Positions 60,386 to 64,000 of a stretch of 64,000 nt of DNA are shown here, one piece after another (position 1 is the stretch's first letter; each line of letters begins with the position of its first letter). Under the pieces are notes generated by a model. It was not told the origin of the DNA, made no database searches, and worked only from the letters and a program-made list of their open reading frames with translations. Source of the stretch: an uncultured delta proteobacterium (GTDB lineage Bacteria; Myxococcota; Myxococcia; Myxococcales; Myxococcaceae); the NCBI GenBank assembly GCA_963713045.1, contig CAVQKE010000007.1, forward strand, positions 256,001 through 320,000, in the 5' to 3' direction. The translations under genes and the position numbers were made by a program.

Positions 60386-60524
60386 CCGTTCAGCGTCGAT
60401 TTTCCAACGCAGCGGGCTACAATCCGTTTGAAAACGCCGGAGAGTGCTAGCACTCTCCGGTGTTCAGGACGACCTTGGGGTGCTGCCGAGGGTGTCGGTG
60501 GCCGGCGCGTCGTAGAAAGCAAGG

Positions 60525-60692
60525 ATGGGAAGACAGGCAGCCAACGCGCTTTACGTGCTCGCGCTGGTCGCGGTCGTGGTCGGCGTGGACGTCCTGTTCT
60601 TCAGGAACCGTTTCTGGGAGCGGCTGATGGTGAACGTCGGGATCGTCCTGGTGTTCGCAGCGTTCTACTTGCGGTTCCTAAAGCGTCCATGA
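60525..60692 (+). CDS. Small two-TM membrane protein (55 aa; below the ORF-track cutoff)
   Basis: MGRQAANALYVLALVAVVVGVDVLFFRNRFWERLMVNVGIVLVFAAFYLRFLKRP*; purine-rich AGAAAG/AAGG upstream. Confidence 0.75.
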   Translation: MGRQAANALYVLALVAVVVGVDVLFFRNRFWERLMVNVGIVLVFAAFYLRFLKRP

Positions 60693-60906
60693 CCGCAGCC
60701 GCCGCAATGTGAGGCGAGCCTCCTCGCTGACTCAGGGCGAAGTTGGGGTGCAGGTCCACTTGAACACCAAAGGGATGGTCGTGAAGAAGCTCAAGACGGA
60801 AAGGTCGGCCGAACGGCTGGCACGGTCCGTACGTCAGTTGCTCTTGCGCGGGCCGAGAAGCGTTAGGACGCGATACCTGCGTCAAAGGCGTGCGGTCCCT
60901 TGAATG

Positions 60907-61218
60907 TCAGAGGCCGCAGACACCGGCATCGCAAGTCGCGGTTCTGTCCGCGGGACACGGACAGATGCCAGTTTGTCCGCCGATACTACTGAGGTTCGCC
61001 TCGTACTGAGCCTCTGCGGAGACGTTGATTGCGGCGTTGCCGCAGTCAACGCAAAAGAGCGCGTTGCACGAATCGCCCTCGGCCACGACGACGCAGTCAG
61101 AGGCGGTCGAGCAAGACTGGTCGTAGTCCGACGCTTGAATGCTGCCGCACGTGGAACACGACGCCAGGAGACTTGCGGCAACAACACCGAGACCGACGAC
61201 GAAGCGAACGTTGGCCAT
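60907..61218 (-). CDS. Cys-rich lipoprotein
   Basis: GGGAGG RBS; lipobox LASC; YDQSC...DC..V..GD.C...C..C.NAAIN...CPC......C.AGVC. Confidence 0.8.
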   Translation of the reverse strand: MANVRFVVGLGVVAASLLASCSTCGSIQASDYDQSCSTASDCVVVAEGDSCNALFCVDCGNAAINVSAEAQYEANLSSIGGQTGICPCPADRTATCDAGVCGL

Positions 61219-61291
61219 CTTGCCTCCCAGCTACAGGACCGCGAGAGCGCCATTTTGGCCGAGAATGCTTGCTGTTCACACCCCCCTGCGC

Positions 61292-61492
61292 CCCGTTCAG
61301 GGCCCTGCCTCGCCGTGCTGTATTTTGCAGCGCGCTGGGGCCAGCCTGCGCCACTTTTCTCCGCCGACGCCTCGCACCGTTTGTAACGACACACTTGCTT
61401 CGCACAGTTGGTTCGCGCAAATCCGCGGACTTCGCGTAACGCGCCGCCTCTGCCCAGCTGGTGAAATTGGTAGACACACTAGATTCAGGGTC
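61292..61492 (+). repeat. Degenerate copy of the tRNA-Leu leader and promoter plus tRNA 5' half (partner copy 62121-62308)
   Basis: Shared blocks CCCGTTCAGGGCC, ACGCCTCG.ACCGTT.GTAA, CTTGC.TCGCAC.GTT.GTTCGCG.AAATCCG, CTTCGCGTAAC and GCCCAG.TGGTG.AATTGGTAGACACACTAGATTCAGGGTC. Confidence 0.9.
61452..61492 (+). pseudogene. tRNA-Leu 5'-half fragment (att-like scar)
   Basis: 39/41 nt identical to 62268-62308; identity stops 2 nt past the anticodon loop; no T-arm or 3' acceptor strand follows. Confidence 0.85.
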
Positions 61493-61666
61493 CGAGGTTT
61501 AGCTAAAACCCGAAACACTTCGCGACCTTCGGAGTCAGTCCTCCGCGGCGCACACCGACGTCCCAGAGAGCCGGCCCATCGCCTCCGAGACGCTCTTTTC
61601 CGAGGTCTTCGCGTAGAGCAAGGTCACCGCCGGGAAGCTTTGGCCGAGCCGCTTGCCGAACACGCT

Positions 61667-61894
61667 TCATGCGCCAGGCTCAATGCGAACGTGGGCGTCG
61701 GTCAGGTGGAACCCGTGCTTTTCGATGTCGTCTATGCATTCGTCGATATTGACGCCCGGCCTGGGTTCGCCTCTCGTCATCTCCACCATCTTGAAAGCGG
61801 TCCAAGGCCCGTACTGACTGGGCAGATTCGCGGCAGCGCCATCTAGCGTGAAACCAAAAACGCGACCGGTACCTCTGAAAATGTGAACTTGCAC
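61667..61894 (-). CDS. Small hypothetical protein (75 aa) between the tRNA fragment and the intact tRNA
   Basis: GGGAGA RBS before GTG 61894; (M)QVHIFRGTGRVFGFT....NLPSQYGPWTAFK...GVNIDECIDDIEKHGFHLTDAHVRI. Confidence 0.7.
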   Translation of the reverse strand: MQVHIFRGTGRVFGFTLDGAAANLPSQYGPWTAFKMVEMTRGEPRPGVNIDECIDDIEKHGFHLTDAHVRIEPGA

Positions 61895-62267
61895 TAGCGT
61901 TCTCCCAGATCGCGTTGATTTAGCGTGCACCCCCCAGATGGTCCAGTCGTCTCCTCTGTCCAGACCACCCTGTCCCGTTTGCGGCTGGCATCGGATGCAG
62001 CCTGAAGACGGCACGCGCTTCGCTGTCAGGCTGAGGGAACGCCGATGGCTTTGGAGACGGCGGAAAGCCTGCAAGGACTGTTGGGCCTGGGCAACGAATC
62101 CGCCCGTTAAACCCCGAACTCCCGTTCAGGGCCGTGCTGAAGTTTGCAGCAGCGTGCGTCCAGCGGCGTCCCAAGGATCCCGGGTACGCCTCGGACCGTT
62201 CGTAAATCGACGCTTGCCTCGCACGGTTCGTTCGCGTAAATCCGGGCGCTTCGCGTAACCCCCGCCT

Positions 62268-62351
62268 GCCCAGGTGGTGGAATTGGTAGACACACTAGAT
62301 TCAGGGTCTAGCGCCCGAAACGGCATGGAGGTTCGAGTCCTCTCCTGGGCA
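62268..62351 (+). tRNA. tRNA-Leu(CAG)
   Basis: Acceptor stem GCCCAGG/CCTGGGC plus discriminator A; D-loop GGAATTGGTAGAC; anticodon stem CTAGA-TTCAGGG-TCTAG; long variable arm; GGAGG-TTCGAGT-CCTCT T-arm; CCA not encoded. Confidence 0.97.
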
Positions 62352-62449
62352 CTGTTTACGCGGACTTAGGGGGACCACAGTGGACCTCTCTGGACGTCCG
62401 CGTCGCAAACTTCGGACGCAATACGGACGCATGGGTCCGAAGCCTGGGG

Positions 62450-63562
62450 TTACTTCGTACCGGCCGCGGCGGAAAGACCCACCCCGCCTAGGAGGGACAC
62501 GGCCTCGGCGTCACCGTGGCCCGGCTGCAGGCGCGCGTACACCTCGGTCTGCACCACGGACGCATGGCCTAGGAGGTCGCGGATCCGAATCAGGGACACG
62601 CCGCGGATCGCGAGGTGCGACGCGAACGTGTGCCGGGTGGTGTGAATGCCGGCGCGCTCGACTCCGGCCGCATCGCAGAGACGCTCCATGGCCTTTGTCG
62701 CCTGGTGCCGCGTGCGCCAAGTCCCCGACGAGGTGCCGAACACCAGCTTCGCCCTTGGGTGCTTCGTGCGCCTCGAGGTGAGCACCTCCACCGCCAAGTC
62801 GTTCAGCGGAACGGTCCTCGCCTTCCCCGACTTCGGCGCCGACTCCACCGAGTCCACCACCGCCCGGGTGACGTGCAGCCGGGGCTTGCCTTTCAAGTCG
62901 ACGTCTTCCCAGCGGAGGCCGAGAAGCTCGGAGATGCGCAGGCCGGTTTGTAGGCCAACCACCACCAGGGCGCCCCACTCCTCGTCCTCGCGGGCCGCCT
63001 CGATTAGGGCCGCGGCCTCCTCGAAGGTGAAGAAGCGCGGCAACTCCTGAGCGCCGGTCTTCTTCGGGAGCTTCACCGGCGGCGCCTGCTTGAGGTGACC
63101 GCGTTCGGCGCAGAAGTTGAGGAGCCGGCGCAGGGCCCGCAGCGTGCCGCGCACGGTCTCGACTTCGCGGTCGGCTGCCAGGGCCGTGCGGAAATCCGAG
63201 AGGACGTCTCCGTGCACCTCGTCGACATAGTGCTCGCCGAGCGCGGGAACGACGACGCGCCTCAACTGATTGGCGTACCACCGATGCGTCGAGGCGCGGA
63301 CCTCCGAGGTCGTGGCGCGTAGGAAGACCTCGACGGCCTCGGCGACCGTGAGCACGTCCCCGCGGCGCTGGTACGTGCCGTCGAGGACCGCGGCGACGGC
63401 CTGACGCTCTTCCCGCTCGGCCGCGCGCCGCTCGTTCTTCTCGGCGACCTTCCGGATGGTGACCTTCCGCCCGTCCGGCCGGCTCACGACGGTCTTGATC
63501 GACCACGCCGCCCGAAGCGCGCCGGTCCGGGGATCCTTCCATCGCCGCTCGAAGACGCCCAC
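62450..63562 (-). CDS. int: Phage-type tyrosine integrase
   Basis: Catalytic R (TGLRISELLGL), K (APKSG), HxxR (HTTRHTFAS), LGH and Y (TEVYAR); probable GTG start at 63562, though the ORF is open to 63811. Confidence 0.95.
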   Translation of the reverse strand: MGVFERRWKDPRTGALRAAWSIKTVVSRPDGRKVTIRKVAEKNERRAAEREERQAVAAVLDGTYQRRGDVLTVAEAVEVFLRATTSEVRASTHRWYANQLRRVVVPALGEHYVDEVHGDVLSDFRTALAADREVETVRGTLRALRRLLNFCAERGHLKQAPPVKLPKKTGAQELPRFFTFEEAAALIEAAREDEEWGALVVVGLQTGLRISELLGLRWEDVDLKGKPRLHVTRAVVDSVESAPKSGKARTVPLNDLAVEVLTSRRTKHPRAKLVFGTSSGTWRTRHQATKAMERLCDAAGVERAGIHTTRHTFASHLAIRGVSLIRIRDLLGHASVVQTEVYARLQPGHGDAEAVSLLGGVGLSAAAGTK

Positions 63563-63789
63563 GCCGGCAAGCGTAGCGAAAAGAGGGTGCTGGGGTACGT
63601 CCGAGGTGTCGATCGCCCCGCACAACGCAAATGCGGCGGTCGGTTTCGTGTGGGTGCGGGTGGGCTCGCCTGACCGAACAAGAGAGACCCTTCCGGCGGA
63701 TTGAAGTGGAACGCGACCGCGGGCTCGGGCGGATTGAAAGGGACGACAGCAACCGGAACCGGATCGCCCCTCGGGGCGCAGGTACAGAC

Positions 63790-64000
63790 ATGAGACGCCG
63801 TGAACCTCCACTCCTGATGACCATCGAAGAGGCCGCCGACTTCCTCGGGGTCAAGCGCAGTCGCCTTTACGAGGACGTGAAGGCCGGTCGCTGGGCCGCG
63901 TGCGTCGTCCGCTACGGCTCCGAGGTCCGCCTCTCGCGCCTCGCGTTGCTGGAGTTCCTGAAGGCCCCCACGACCTCCCAACCCGCAGCATCCGAGGTGC
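63790..64000 (+). CDS. Excisionase-like helix-turn-helix protein (truncated by window end)
   Basis: MRRREPPLLMTIEEAADFLGVKRSRLYEDVKAG...VVRYGSEVRLSRLALLEFL; divergent from int; absent from the ORF track. Confidence 0.8.
   Translation, partial: MRRREPPLLMTIEEAADFLGVKRSRLYEDVKAGRWAACVVRYGSEVRLSRLALLEFLKAPTTSQPAASEV

Larger units (their letters stand above)
62352..64000. mobile_element. Left end of a prophage/integrative element inserted at tRNA-Leu (continues beyond the window)
   Basis: Tyrosine integrase ending 99 bp after the tRNA 3' end; CGGACGCA direct repeats at 62413 and 62424; divergent excisionase-like HTH gene. Confidence 0.85.

Noticed and set aside
61452..61540. Second functional tRNA-Leu
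   Set aside because: No 3' anticodon stem, T-arm or acceptor strand follows; listed as a fragment.

Overview
GC-rich bacterial chromosome segment, most consistent with a myxobacterium (Myxococcota). This assignment is inferred from gene content: a pseudo-receiver/DUF4388-like/TPR protein, Cys-rich and DAG-motif lipoproteins, and an orphan OmpA/MotB lipoprotein. The window has three zones. (1) About 1-18.3 kb is an accessory patchwork: orphan ABC substrate-binding protein, arylsulfatase, a giant secreted protein with a Gly/Trp/His tail, EamA transporter, esterase, LysR, a sigma54-driven 7-repeat beta-propeller, and several gene remnants. (2) About 18.8-57.6 kb is core genome: beta-carbonic anhydrase fused to DUF488, the tyrosine catabolism operon (fahA-maiA-hppD-hmgA), phosphoketolase, radical SAM, M13 peptidase, serC and DUF1015 separated by a FadL/giant-protein paralog/OmpA block, a RamB/PrpR-type regulator, pepA, pyrF, DsbA, lpxC, ruvCAB, yebC, DsbD, and an isc operon (iscS-iscU-iscA-hscB-hscA-fdx) with an Rrf2-type operator but no iscR. 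(3) About 57.6-64 kb is accessory genes (including a beta-propeller plus ubiquitin-like pair) leading to a tRNA-Leu(CAG) integration hotspot. The hotspot has a degenerate duplicate of the tRNA leader plus 5' half, the intact tRNA, and the integrase/excisionase end of a prophage or ICE that runs off the window. No CRISPR array or rRNA was seen. Best candidates for undescribed systems: the duplicated giant Gly/Trp-tailed envelope protein with FadL, OmpA and sulfatase partners; the DUF1015-serC unit under an ScfR-type regulator; the beta-propeller/Ubl pair; and the 5'-half tRNA duplication. All family assignments come from motif recognition by eye, not database searches.
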